A program made the translations under genes and the position numbers. DNA of 64,000 nt, from NCBI RefSeq assembly GCF_009914755.1, contig NC_060926.1; one strand, given 5' to 3'. Positions 25,801 through 38,562 of this stretch are shown here, one piece after another. Each line of letters starts with the position of its first letter. Positions within the stretch are counted from its first letter, which is position 1. The DNA comes from the human T2T-CHM13v2.0 reference genome, Homo sapiens. The notes under the pieces are model-generated. The model saw only the letters and a list, made by a program, of their open reading frames with translations, had not been told where the DNA came from and made no database searches.

Positions 25801-26601
25801 CAGAAGAGATTCCTTACTAAAGAAGTGATAACAAATAAGCACATGAAAAAATGCTCAACATCATTAGACATTTCAGGAAGTGCAAATGTAAATAACTTTG
25901 AAACGTCATTGCACACTCTCAAGAATGGTCAAAATTCCAAAGACTAATCATCTGTAGCAAGTGCTGTTCAGGATGTGAAATGGCTGGTACTCTCATACAC
26001 TGTTGTAGATATGTAGAATGAATTGAAAATCTGTTTATCAATCTCTTAAAAAGTTAAACATATATCCACCATGCAATCCAGCCATTACTTTCATAGTTAT
26101 TACCCAAGAGAAATGAAAGTGTATGTTTACACCAAAAAGTTACACAGAAATGTGAATAGCAGCTCTATTTGTAGTAGCCAATAACTGGAAGTAATTAATA
26201 TGTCTATCAATAGGTTAACAGATAAACAAATTATGATATACCCACACAATGGAATACTACTCAGCATTGAAAATGGATGACCTATTGATAGATTTTACAA
26301 GTATGAATCTCAAAATAATTATGATAAAGTTAGACAAAAATAGTATAAACTGTATGACTCCATTTATTTAAAACTCTAAAATATGCAAAAAATACAAAAA
26401 CAAATAAAAATAAATGGCTTTCTGGGATTGGGGACTAGAAGAGATGAATTGCAAGTGAATACAAAGACACTTTTGGAAAAAAGCGTATCTTGATGGTAGT
26501 GATGGTTTCATATGTATATGTATTTCAGAATTCATCCAATTGAGCAATTAAAATATTTGTAGTTTACTTCCCCTCAATTATAGTTTAATAATGTTGAAAA
26601 A
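22876..26601 (+). mobile_element. Old L1M (L1MC/L1ME-type): 5' end joined to decayed ORF2 and 3'UTR
   Basis: TSD atcagcttgtat at 22864-22875 and 26602-26613. L1M-like 5' end (cttctgcttccatccatgatggagtaac), RT remnant ttttcagataacatgatt (~24678), and 3' end tcaattatagtttaataatgttgaaaaaa. Confidence 0.8.
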
Positions 26602-28235
26602 ATCAGCTTGTATGATTTCAGAAGACACGTCTTTTGTTATTGTATTTGGAATTACAACACTAATAAATTAATTGAGGTAAAACCGACATCTTTAGGATAT
26701 TAAGTATCCCTATCCCTAAGTATCTTACATATCTCTTTTGTTGTTAATATTAAAGTATATTTTATGTTTATCTCTCTATATCTGCAATTTGTGGCTATAA
26801 GTTTTATGTTCTTCTATATCACTTAATTCTCTTATTGTAATATTTCTTTCTCTTGATTTTCCCTTGTCAAATGCCATATCATCTGCAAATAGTGGTATTC
26901 TTAATTCCTCCTGTACAATTATTATAATTCTAATTCATTTATCTTGTCTAATTGGTCTGGTTGATTACTCCACTGCAGTGTTGTAAGAGTGACAATAATG
27001 ATTTTCTTTGCTCTTCTCTACCTTAGCGGGAAATAACTCTGGCACCATTCTGGCTTTTGAGCCAATACATGCAAACAGATGTATGTATATGAGTTATATG
27101 TGAGTTATACATGAGATATGAGTTATTTAATTTTATTTGTGTATTCCTGGTTTTTTAAACCAAGAATTATAATTGACCTTTAGAAAATTACTTTTGACTT
27201 CTTTGAGGGGAAAATATAATTTTCTCTTTAGATCTAATAAAAGATGAGTTGTGTTAATATATTTCTATATATTTACACATCCTTAAAGGTCTGAAATAAA
27301 TCCTGCTTGCTCTCAATGGATTATTTCTTTAATGTTTTGCTGTACTCATTTTTTTCCAACACTTTAGTATTTTTGCAAAGAACTCATAAAAAGAAAACAA
27401 GTAAATAATTCTTAATACAGTTACATAACTCATTTAACTATATATGTGTGTATATATGTTAGTTCAAAAGCCAGGATTATGTCAGTTATTCCCACTCAGG
27501 TAGATAAGAGCAAGGAAGATCATTACATAGTTCGAGACATCACTATATAGTTTGTGTGTGTTTATGTGAGTGTGCATAATCATTAAGCATATTTAATAGT
27601 TGCCATTGTTTTTTTCCTACACTCTATATAATTTTAAATAACGTTTAAAACTATCTGCTTGTCAAAATTTAGTAGAATTCTTTTGGAAAATTATTTGGAT
27701 GTTTTTGTTTCTTATATTTTCCAGGAAATTTTCTGTACAAAGTAGTCCCAAAATTTAAAAAAAAAAAAGTCTTCTGTGTCTATAGTTATTTTCCCCTTGC
27801 CATTTCTTATTTTATGCATATATACTATTTTCTTTTTGTCTTGAATTATTTTTGCTGAGATGTTCTCTCTTCACTTTTGGGGGGCCTGAAATTAAATTGT
27901 TAACAGTTTCTTTAAGAAAAGTCCATAGGAACCAAATTTATTGACCTTATGCATGCTGAAAACTAACTGCCTACATTATTTATGTTTGAATAAGAAGTAA
28001 ATATAAAATGCTTCATTAAGAGTCTATATCTTGAGTATCTTGAAGTTATATTACACTTTCTTCTGTTATGAAATGTTACTATAAAAAGATTAATATCACT
28101 CAAATTATTTTTCCATTAGAAGATTTGATTTTCATTTTTAGGTAGGTGTTCTAGTCTGCTGTGTTGTTTTATTCTTCAAGGGCTCCAATTGTATCTACAT
28201 TGGATCTGCTTTAATTTTCTTCAATATTGCATAGG

Positions 28236-28458
28236 TGAGGGGCCAGAAAACATGTTCTGTAAAGGGCCAGATACTAAATAAAGGGCCAGATACTAAATCA
28301 GGTTTTCCAGGCAACATATGGTCTTTGTCACCTGTACTTTTTTTTTTAATTAAAAAACACATTGAAAATTATAAATAAAAGTTATTTAGATATAAGACCA
28401 TACAAAGAGAGGCTGCAAGCTGAATTTAGCCCACAAGGTATACTTTGCTCACTCCTGA
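28236..28458. mobile_element. MER58-family (hAT-Charlie) element with an internal 19-bp tandem duplication
   Basis: ttctgtaaagggccagatactaaat start, tttgctcactcctg end; aaagggccagatactaaat occurs at 28261-28279 and 28280-28298. Confidence 0.75.
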
Positions 28459-28706
28459 TAGAAATAATTTTTTTCCTATCTTTTCCTTCTTTCTCTTTTT
28501 GCTTCAGTTTCTCAAGTTTATCCACTATGACCCTTACTGTGCTTTCTTTGATTCCAGCCTCCCTTGTTAACTTTATGAGTTAATCTTTATTCCTAAATAT
28601 TTTTCCTCCATACCTTTTTTGAGTTTACAGTTTCTGATTTCACCCCTTTAGTTGGCCATTTTCTCCTTTTGTTTGTTCATTTTCTTCTTGACTTCTTGTA
28701 TTTTGG

Positions 28707-28709
<3 letters not shown>

Positions 28710-28744
<35 letters not shown>
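28710..28744. repeat. (TG)n microsatellite, ~17 units
   Basis: Direct reading. Confidence 0.97.
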
Positions 28745-28746
<2 letters not shown>

Positions 28747-30199
28747 ATAGCTGCAATTGCATTATGAAGGTTTTGTTTTGTTTGTTTGTTTTTCCTGCCA
28801 GCACTTTTATTTGCTTTCTGGCAACATTTGACTGATGAGTTCGTTTAACTGTGGAAAATTTTCACTATTTATCTTTATATGTAATAACAATGTTTGGTAC
28901 AATTTTTTTCCCTGTTATTTGATTGGAATGAGTTAGATTTTTCCTAAAACACTGCTCATGGTAGATTTGCGTGTTGGACTGTCCAGGGTAATTTTCACGA
29001 TTTTGCATCCTGATCTTTTCTTCTTCTTTTGGAAGAAAAATAGGTTGTTTAATTAAAATATGACCCTGGTCTATAGCCAGGTCTCTTCTCCTACCACCAT
29101 CCCCAGGACTCCTAGATCTATTCTCTTTGTCAACAATATTGCCTTCCACAGTTGTCCGTATACTTTTAGACATGTGGAGATCTGCCATTTGTTATACCCC
29201 TGTGCAATTTCTGAGTCTTGTATCTCTGCCTCGGCACAGTACAAGGTTTTATATTTTTAATTTGAGCCCTGTTTAATTTGGCTCACTTTTCTTATGCCTA
29301 TCCTTTTTTTTCCCTTCCTGTGTATTTTCTTCATCCTTTCCTCTTCAAGGTGGGGACTTCTACTTCTGAAAATCTATCTTTGCTTATATTTCTGAGTTTT
29401 ACTGTTGTTACCACCCCTCCAAACATCTTATTTTTCCCTCCTATCCTTTACTTGCCACACACCATTGCAACTTCTTGTGCTTTGCTTTATTTCATTTGAT
29501 TGCATTTTGAAGTAATTAAATATAATGTAAAGCTTACAGGGTATCTATCTCTACTAGCTTCAGTAAAAGAAAGTAGTGTTATAAATTTTATATCCACATT
29601 GCCCGTATTGTATAGTGCTCAGTAGAAGTGGGAATTTTAAGAACAAGATGCCACTATATTTTTACCCAAACTGGTAGCCTTTTTTAATTTGAATGTAAAG
29701 AAAATCTCTATTATGTTCATTTGGCTCAGATACTTCTGGTAAGCAAGGCCTTAATAACTTCTACTTCTGTAATTGCAAATGTCCTACTTATTTTTTAGCA
29801 TAGCATTTTAGTAACTACTATTTGGTATTCCCATATAAATAGTCTTCTTTCACATTACCTAAAATAATCAGTTTTTAGACACCACAAATTATATGAAAGG
29901 TAAGAAATGCGATGGATCATTCAGTTATTCTGTAAATGGTTTAGCTCTTGTTTGTAAACTATAAAACATTCAGTTCAATAAAATATAAATTCAGATTACT
30001 GCCAGACAATGGAGACTAGTGCTATAATTGTTAATATAGAAATTCACACACTAAAGAGTACCAAATGTTGAGGCTACCACTTTCTTATTTCAAAACCCTT
30101 TACTCTAAATTAAAGTAGGAAAATACTTTATAAATCTGTATGGGAGAAAAATAGTTTTTTATTCTAGTCAACTGTGACGGCTTATCTAAACACACACTT

Positions 30200-30880
30200 G
30201 TGAGTCTACCACTTATTTTAACCAGCAATCTTCTCTAACATGTTAATCTAATCACACACTTTCTCCTGCAATGAGGCAAAGTGTGACATATCTATGCAAC
30301 TCTCTGGTCTTTCTGTCTTTTCAAATGTATTTGTCCTCTAAAATAAGTCAAACTATGCCATATCTTGCTTTAAATCCTTCAGTGGCCTCCCATGGCAATA
30401 AACCTAAAATCAAAACTCCTTACAATGTCTTATAAAGACTTACGTGATACATTGACCTTCCTGCTGCCTACAACTTTAGTTTTAGTTCCAAGATCTATTG
30501 CCTTCACTATGCTCCATCCACACTGTCATTCATTGTGTTCTTCCAGTATATCATGCTCATTTGTGCTTCAGAAAACTTGAATGTGCTGATCCGTGTCTGA
30601 AAAGATCTTTGTCCATCCAGATATTTCTGTGCCTGTCTTCTTGTACTCAGTGGGATTCAGTTCAAATATAACCTCGAAAGAGTCTTTTGTTTGCAGCCTT
30701 ATGTAACAGTGACCTGTCCTACTACTCCCCACATACCCTTTAATTTTCTATTTTTTATGTCACTTATTTCTATGTGTTGGTTCCCAAAGAATAGAGATAG
30801 GTCTTCATCATTTCTCTGTTCCCAGAACCTAGAATATTTGGCACATGGTTGTTGTGTAATAAATGTGAATTGAATTGATA
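30200..30880 (+). mobile_element. L2 LINE 3' end
   Basis: aaatccttcagtggcctcccat..aaatcaaaactccttac..cccagaacctagaatatttggcacatgg..aataaatgtgaattgaattga; L2 3' tail. Confidence 0.75.
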
Positions 30881-32224
30881 CATCTAATTTTAATACCTCT
30901 CTATGTGCAAACCTCTTTTTATGGGTACAAACATTTGTTTGTGTGTTTTATATAGTTTTCATTTGGGGGCCAATGTGTACTCAGAAATTTTACCGATGCA
31001 AAAGGGAATTACTTAGGTTCATTTCTGAAATACATACCTACAGAATATAACTTTTGAATTTCCAAGAAAGGAGGAATTACAAACAGTATCCCACTTTGCT
31101 CTATCAAAATTATGAAATTTCCCTGAATTCATCACTGTACTGGAAGAGTAGCATTATATGTGTGTATATATGATGTTTATGTATAGTTATATACTGTATA
31201 AATATATATGTATTTTGTGTATATATATATATATATATATTATTCATTATAGTAAATCATATAACTTTGCGATATTCTTACCAGGTAGCAAGGTCACATC
31301 TGACATAAATAGGAACTTTGAGCTAACCGCATGGCACATTTAATAAAATGAATTTCCACACTCTAGTGTATTTTTGGACTCCAGCAAAGATGACAGTGAT
31401 ACACTCATAAATAATTTGGTGGATTTGGTTAGTTTGCTTTTTATCCCATTCATGCTCTACTTCAAAGTTTATCTACATAATATCAACGGACTTGGCATGA
31501 CAGTTTCTGAAAATTAACTTTCTGTTCTTTTTCAAAGCAACTCTTGCTAAGTTCATTTAAATGAAAGTCAATTTTAATAGAGCAAAGTTATGTTCTCAGG
31601 ACATAACTGTAAGAGACCAATTATAAATGTCTGTTGAATTTTACTGATTCTGAAGATCACACACCTAAACAAAAATACATATTTATTTATTACAAATGAG
31701 GGCAAAGTGTAGGGTGGGGGTGTGGAATTTGTGGATGGAACTTCCAGGAGTTCTTTTAAAGGAGAGTCCCACTACTTTCTGAAATTATATTTAAAAATAA
31801 AATAAAATTTATACTCATTCTGAATTTCAATAAATTAGATTTAAAATAATATAAATGTAGACTTGGATCTTTTTTTTTAATTACATAGGTATGATTAAGA
31901 AGAAATAAATGCAAGCAGAGAACAGAAAATTATATTTTTCAAATAGAATCCAACCTCTTCTATTTGCTTTTGCTTTATGTTCAAGTTCCTTCTTAGTTTT
32001 ATTTTCAAGAAGGAAAGTATATAATAATATAACAATTATCATAAAATCAGGTAAGTTCTCATTTGAATATAACCTTAGAGGGTAAAATAAAGATAGGGAT
32101 ATTAACATTGAATTCATTTTGATCAGCACTAGAGGATGAGATTGGAGTTATAATGCGTACATGATCTGATATGCTAATTTGAAGACACTATGGTTAATTC
32201 CTACATTGTCAGCATATATGATAG

Positions 32225-32720
32225 ATTGCAGTGATCATTTCCTTTATTTACACTTCCATACATCCACATCCATTGCCATGCGATTTTGCAGTTCCTCTGA
32301 AAACAGAGACAGTGCCTATTTTCCATACCTTGAATTCAGCAGGCTTTGTAACATCATTTGGTCCATAATTACAATCCTAGCATAGAAACAAACTCTGTAT
32401 TTTTACTTGCCCATTATTGATCTCTGCTGTGACCATGATAAAATGGCAACGATGATGAAAGACATAAAGAACAGTTGTATGCTGTCCCTGTTGTCTGAGA
32501 CAAGGCCATTCTAGATAAGCCAACAGTCACCCCCCAGACAGGTGAATGAGTCAATCTGCTATCAACAGAACTCCATAACTACCTAGCAGCTGTTCGCAGA
32601 CTCCTGAATGAGCCAAACTGGCATAAGCTGGGCCCAACTGAAATCAGTTGAACCCTGAGTTCAAGAAAAGTTATGTGTTGTACACCACTGAGACTTTTGT
32701 AGTTATTTGCTACACAGCTA
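32225..32720 (+). mobile_element. MLT1-family MaLR LTR
   Basis: ccattgccatgcgattttgcagttcctct...ggccattctagataagcc...ccactgagacttttgtagttatttgctacacagc. Confidence 0.65.
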
Positions 32721-33069
32721 TATTTTTAAACTTTCAATTTGAAATGATTATAAATTTCAAATTTATAAAAGAATGCTAAAGGTGGTGCGGACATCCCCTA
32801 CACTCTTCAGTATACTTCTCTTAATGTTAGTATCTCAAACAACCATGTTACATTGACCAAAACTAAGAACTTAGCATTGTCCCAAGATTTTATTCAATTT
32901 TTCCACAATATTCTTTTTCTGTTCAGGGCCAATTCAAGATACCACGTTGCATTTATTGTCATTTATTGTTGTTTATTTAGCAGGTTTCCTCTTAGATGCA
33001 GTTAACTGCACAAATGATAAATACTTGTCTTACACGGATTCAGTTTTCTCTCAATAATTTAGGATAAAG

Positions 33070-33231
33070 CAGTGCTTCTCAAACTTTATTGTTTTTGTAA
33101 ATTAACTGCGAATCTTGTTAAAATGCAGATTCCGATTCAGTAAATGTGGTGGGACCAGGGACTCTTATTTTCTAGCAAGTCTCAGGTGATGATAATATTG
33201 TTGGTTTGTGACCATACTTAGAGCAGCAAGG
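33070..33231. mobile_element. MER5A/MER5A1 (hAT-Charlie)
   Basis: cagtgcttctcaaactt...atcttgttaaaatgcagattccgattcagta...caggtgatgat...gaccatacttagagcagcaagg. Confidence 0.8.
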
Positions 33232-35789
33232 ACCTAAGATACAATAACTACAATTAGGTAGCCTGAATGCTAACTCCACAGAGAGTGACAGACTTAGCTT
33301 TCTAGCAAATCGATCATGTAGGCAATGATTTGAGATGGAGATGGAGCTTCCTGGATGATACTCAAGGTCCTAGAACCAGCTCTTAGAAATAAATCACTAC
33401 ATCTAGTTCCTGCTCTCTTCCTGGCCTAAATTTAAATCAATCATAATCCTACCTTATTTATATAATTATTGATGAAATCTGTTTTCTTCCCCCTAAACAT
33501 CCTGATTTAGGTTCTTATAAGAATAATATCTCCTGCCAACTGTATGGAGAAAAAGTAAAGAAAAAGAAGAGGAAACAGCTTTGGGAACATATAGACCTAA
33601 AATATAAATGGATCTTTCTTTAAAATTCATTATAATTTCTGTTAACGAGGCCCACCTTTCTTCAGGAATTCAAAACACTTCATATAATAAAAGAGGTTTC
33701 TCCTAAATCAAATTGTATGTTTATAATTCAAACACAAATTTTAACATAAAATAAAAAGGGAGCTTCATGTAAAAAAATTTAAAAGACGATTAGAAGTTAT
33801 AAAACCAGCCCATTGTGTTTTTCATTACACTAATATATTCTATTAAATTAATGTGTGGCTGTGTGGTAGAGCTGAAATCATAGCTACAGTTAGCCTCTGA
33901 GATAAAAGAACAGAGCAGATGATCCCTCAAAATCTCATCTGCTACAGTAATGCAAAAGAAACTGGGTGGACATTGCAATAAGTTAGGTAGACTTTGCTTC
34001 TGTACTTTCTAAGTGGGGCCACAAAACAGGGGGCTATCTCAAGTACCTCATCTCTTCTCTGAGCTCTACAATAATGTTACTGAGTAGAGGGATCACTTCT
34101 GTCACCCCTCCTGCTCTGAAACTCCATGACAATTAATATATGTACTGTAAGTTGAATTTAATTAATTAATTCACTCAACAAGCACCTATACCTCTATGGC
34201 TTAAATGCATGAATCAATCTGACAACCCCTTTAAATATTTGGAAAGCATCATTTACTCTCTAAGCAGTTTGGACACTTATAATGGCTTCACATTCTCTCC
34301 TGTGGTGCTAAACAAAGCAAATATATCTACAGACTATTCCAAGCTAACAAAACTTCTTCCAGTTCTCTTTGAGGTAAGTTATATCATCAATAACCTTATA
34401 TATAGGTTCTTGCATTTCTTGTACTAGCATGGGAAACATTCAGTATTTTATGTGTGTGTATAATGTTTTCAATATTATGCTTATTTTATAGTTTAAGAAT
34501 TTTGGGGACTCTTTTTTCCGTATTTGTTTACCCAAGCATTTGGGATTAGGATACACTGTCAATATTGTTTGGCCTCATTCAGAGAGCTCAGGTGACAATT
34601 TCATGTGACTTCTAAATGGTCAATTGGTCATTGATATGCTTATACCCGTTTGATTTTTTATTACATTTGTCTGTATGATCTGCAGAATAAAGCCTTGAGC
34701 TATTCTTTTTTTCCCAATTTTGCCCTATATAAGCCTGGACAATTTGAATAAATGTGATTCACTAACTAAGTCTACCTAGAATGAGTTACATTTCTTTTCT
34801 TATCAAATCTTGATCATGATTCATGTTGAACTCACTATTAATAACATGTCTGGGGATGCAAATGTTAAGTTGATATGCCATATAAACTCATCTCTCAGCC
34901 ACAGGGTCACGTTGACATAAATAAATGTAGCAGCTGCATTGTTAGAAGTCAGGGCTCCAACACGGAAAGGTAATAGAAGCTGTTTAAAATGAGGTCATGA
35001 AATATCAATTTAAAATGCTCTCTGTCAGATAGGTGACACTGTTTCTTCTTTCTGTCAGAGGGAAGCATTTTGATAATATTCTCCATTTTCCATGTATGTT
35101 TTTCAAATCTGAGAGTCAGCATCAAAGACTCATAAGGCATTTTCCTTAGATTTAATAATTTCACTCCTCAGCCCTTTGAAAAATGACAGCAGCCAACTTT
35201 CATTGTGAGCACTTATTCCAAAACATATTTTTATCTGATTGGATCATGTTTTTGAATAAATAAGGCATTTTACATATTAATTCCATAAAGCACAAAGCTT
35301 AATTTTTCTCCAGCAAGCTAAGGTCATAGTCTAAGACTCACCATGATTTCCTGGAGATACAGTTGAGAATTGCCTGGACAATCAAGCAAATTACACTCTG
35401 AGGGTAGCTTTTGCACTGTTGATTATTACTAAGTCACCAAATGCATTCCTGTCTCTTCAGAACTGCAGAGCTTCTGCACCTGGACAATATAGTAGCTATG
35501 GCAGGTCTGATCTGATCAGAAGAAATGTCAGCAGTAAACAATACTTACTTATTATCTTGGCTTCACTAAAGAAGCCTTCTTAGAAATGGCTTAGTATAGT
35601 CTAGCTGGTTAGTTTGAAAGGGTCAAAGAAGACTAAGAAGAACCTACGAAGACCCAACCACATAGTGAAAGTAATAATAGAAGTGGAGAGGCTTTGTCTT
35701 GGAAGCCCAGAGGCTTTTCCCCACTACTTAGCTCCCCTATTTTTTTTTTGCATCATTTTGTGCTTGGAGATCTTCTCCTCGTGGTTGTA

Positions 35790-36020
35790 TGAAATATGGT
35801 TAAGTTTGGGAGTTTGGAGAGAGACAGTTTGGGATCAAATTCTGACTCTATTGCTTACCAGCTATGTACTCTGGGCAAGTTCATTACCTTTCTGCTTTAG
35901 TTGATTCTTCAGTACAGTAAACTAACTGAATCATAGGATTTTCTGATGATTAAACAAATCAGTTCATTTGAGGGCTGTCAGATACCAGGCGTGCAATGAA
36001 TTTGTTAGCGATTTCTATGA
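35790..36020 (+). mobile_element. MIR SINE
   Basis: tggttaag..ttggagagagacagtttgggatcaaattctgactctattgcttaccagctatgtactctgggcaagttc. Confidence 0.75.
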
Positions 36021-36944
36021 TTATATCCATCTTTTACAAATTACTATATCAACTTATGCTAAATTTCTGAGGGATATATGGATATTAAATATTATCTCTA
36101 ATAATTAATTTGATGTTTCTTCAAGCATCAAGAAGTTGGAAGTGGGGGTGTTTTAGAGAGAGCTACCTTTTTTGGTGCCCATGAGTTTTCAGCTCCATAC
36201 TATGTGACATACACTTAATGAGGTGATATAACTATATATTAATATTTCATACAATTCTCACAGTATCCAGATGAATAAAAAAAGTGACTCTTGCATATTT
36301 TCAGAGAAAGCATTGCCTCCATTAAATTTAGGCCACAATTACCGGGGAAGATCCTTCACATAAGCATTTGAATTGGTTAGCATGAATACATATTTATATT
36401 TCCCTTAGTGATTCTCCCCATGATTACCATTTATGCATTCTTTAGAGTTATCCCTCCCACTTCTCACTTTGTAACTGACTTCCTGCTGTTCTTAATTCAG
36501 GAGTGTTTAAGTCTCATATTTAAATGGTAAAACATTTGTTTGTGACAAACACCATGTGTCCGGAATTCTCCTACCTGTCTCGGAGAGGCTTTGCAGGACC
36601 TGACAAGTGGCATGTCTGCACATGGGTGGTTCTGGCATGATCATTCATAATGATCCTCAAAGGGAGGATGAGCAATTTACATATCAAAGGTCCTATGTTA
36701 GGAATGTATATTAAGTAGGAAGCTCACAATATTAACTTTTAGATCAGGAAACTTCTTTAGGGACTACATCTCAGTGTTAAAGGCATATCTAGTAAAGACA
36801 ACTTAAGTAATTGTTTTGTTTCACAGTGTCACCTCTTGTATTTGAAGATGATACTGCTGACTCAGATTCCTATCCAATTTAATCCTCATTACAACGATGA
36901 GTCAAGTATGAGGGTCCACATGTTATTACAGCTCATGTCCTGTC

Positions 36945-37945
36945 CACGAGGCCATATTGTCTGGTGCCCTAGTATCCCAAATTGCCATTTAATTTAATTT
37001 ACATTTCATTTAAGAACTAATATTAACTTATAATTAAATCAATTATACTAAAACAAATATAATAAATACTAAAACTCATCACATCATAATGTAGTAGTTA
37101 TCCTACTACCTTATTCTACATATCCTATATGATCAAGGTGATTTCTGTCTCTCTTACGTGTTTGGTGGAAATGTATAATAGGGTGCTATTATGTACCTCC
37201 TCCAAACTCCAGTCAGGTTAATAACTTGAAATTGGCCATTGTGAACATCATCACATCACAGGAATCTGCAAATGCTGCATATTGAGCCTTGATTTATTGT
37301 TTTATTCATTGTCTAGATCAGAAGTTGGCAAAATTTTCTATACCTATGTATCAATAAAACCATTTTTTTTTTTTTTACCAAAACAGGAGGCTGCCTATGT
37401 GGCCCATGAGTTAAGGTTTGCCAACTTCTAGTCTAAACTTCAGAAAGTGATGTTGAACTCTTGATAATGCATTTAAAATTAAAAGTGTGTTTTGTTTTTT
37501 ATCTGTTACATTTTGAATAGTACAAACATTCAGAAATTATTGCAGGATTTAAAAACTATTTGCTATTCATCTTTATAGCAAAAAAGTCACTCATCACTGA
37601 CAAATGAGTGATGTTCTGACATATATATTTTTTGTTTCACTTTTATGTTACTTGTTGATGTAAATGAAAATATCATCCAACGTTTAGGCTGGCACTACAC
37701 TTGTTTGTCAATTGCATTAGTAAATTGGCTACGGACAGAAGAATTTGGCAAAAATCAACCAAAATTCTAAGAGAATGAACTAGTTATGTGGACTTGTATA
37801 ACATATTATTTAATTGTATCATTGTTTATAAATTGTGTGCTACATATCCTTTATATCAGTAAAGGATTTCATGTACATGTATATATACATGGATACTTTT
37901 TTTTTCTCTGAAGAGCCTGTTGTTAAACATTTATCAGTTCATTAT
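36945..37945. mobile_element. Arthur1-like hAT-Tip100 DNA transposon remnant
   Basis: Right end gagcctgttgttaaacatttatcag matches the recalled Arthur1 terminus; internal gaatttggcaaaaatcaac motif; left boundary uncertain. Confidence 0.55.
37319..37430. mobile_element. Internally deleted MER58-type mini element with TIRs and an 8-bp TSD
   Basis: agaagttggcaaa (37320-37332) and tttgccaacttct (37417-37429) are exact reverse complements; flanks gtctagat / gtctaaac. Confidence 0.75.
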
Positions 37946-38115
37946 TTAGGAAAAAAGGAATCACGTGTGGGAGAAACTGAAAGTATCCATGGAAAGGGAG
38001 GAAGGTGGGCCAACCTCTGGAGCCCTCAGAAGGAAAGGAAAAGAGTACTTAGGAGAACATGGGTCTGGCTATTGCTTGGACAAGGACTTGGGATTTCTCT
38101 GGATTAAGGTGGGGG

Positions 38116-38562
38116 TGTTAAACAAAAAATTATTCATGACACTCTTTAAAGATGATAAGAAAGACTTATTCAAGAAGAGAGCAACTACAATGGAAGTTTT
38201 GTAGCAGAGGAAAAGATGCTACTCAACTCTTAATATAAGGATAAGTGGTAAGTTTATAGCCAAGAAACGGTGGGAGTCAGTGGGTGGAAAATTGCTAAGG
38301 GGAAACATCAAAGCTAGGAGCATTCTTGCTGAAGTCAGTGCAGAGTGGTAAGATATCAAGGGTGGGGAATGAGGAAGTTAATTGGATATAGTGGGCGATC
38401 ACATACTAAGGGTGGGGGATTTTTTTCTAAACTGAATTAAGTAAGATTCCTGCCAAAACTGGACTAAGCAAGCCAAAGACAAGAGCCCAACATTGATGAC
38501 TAATTAAAAACAGGACTCGGAGGAGCCCAACTCAAGTTAGTTCAAGGAGAAAGTCTTTGTCA
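38116..38562 (-). mobile_element. ERV1 solo LTR (MER31/MER67-like)
   Basis: TG...CA termini; reverse complement of the right end reads tgacaaagactttctccttgaactaacttgagttgggctcct like MER31; flanks gggg/ggag. Confidence 0.7.

Larger units (their letters stand above)
26620..29250 (-). mobile_element. Very old L1ME/HAL1-type remnants (probable host of the L1M above; more at ~22260-22860)
   Basis: T-rich antisense L1 motifs such as atatcatctgcaaatagtggtattctt and ttatcttgtctaattgg; highly diverged. Confidence 0.5.
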
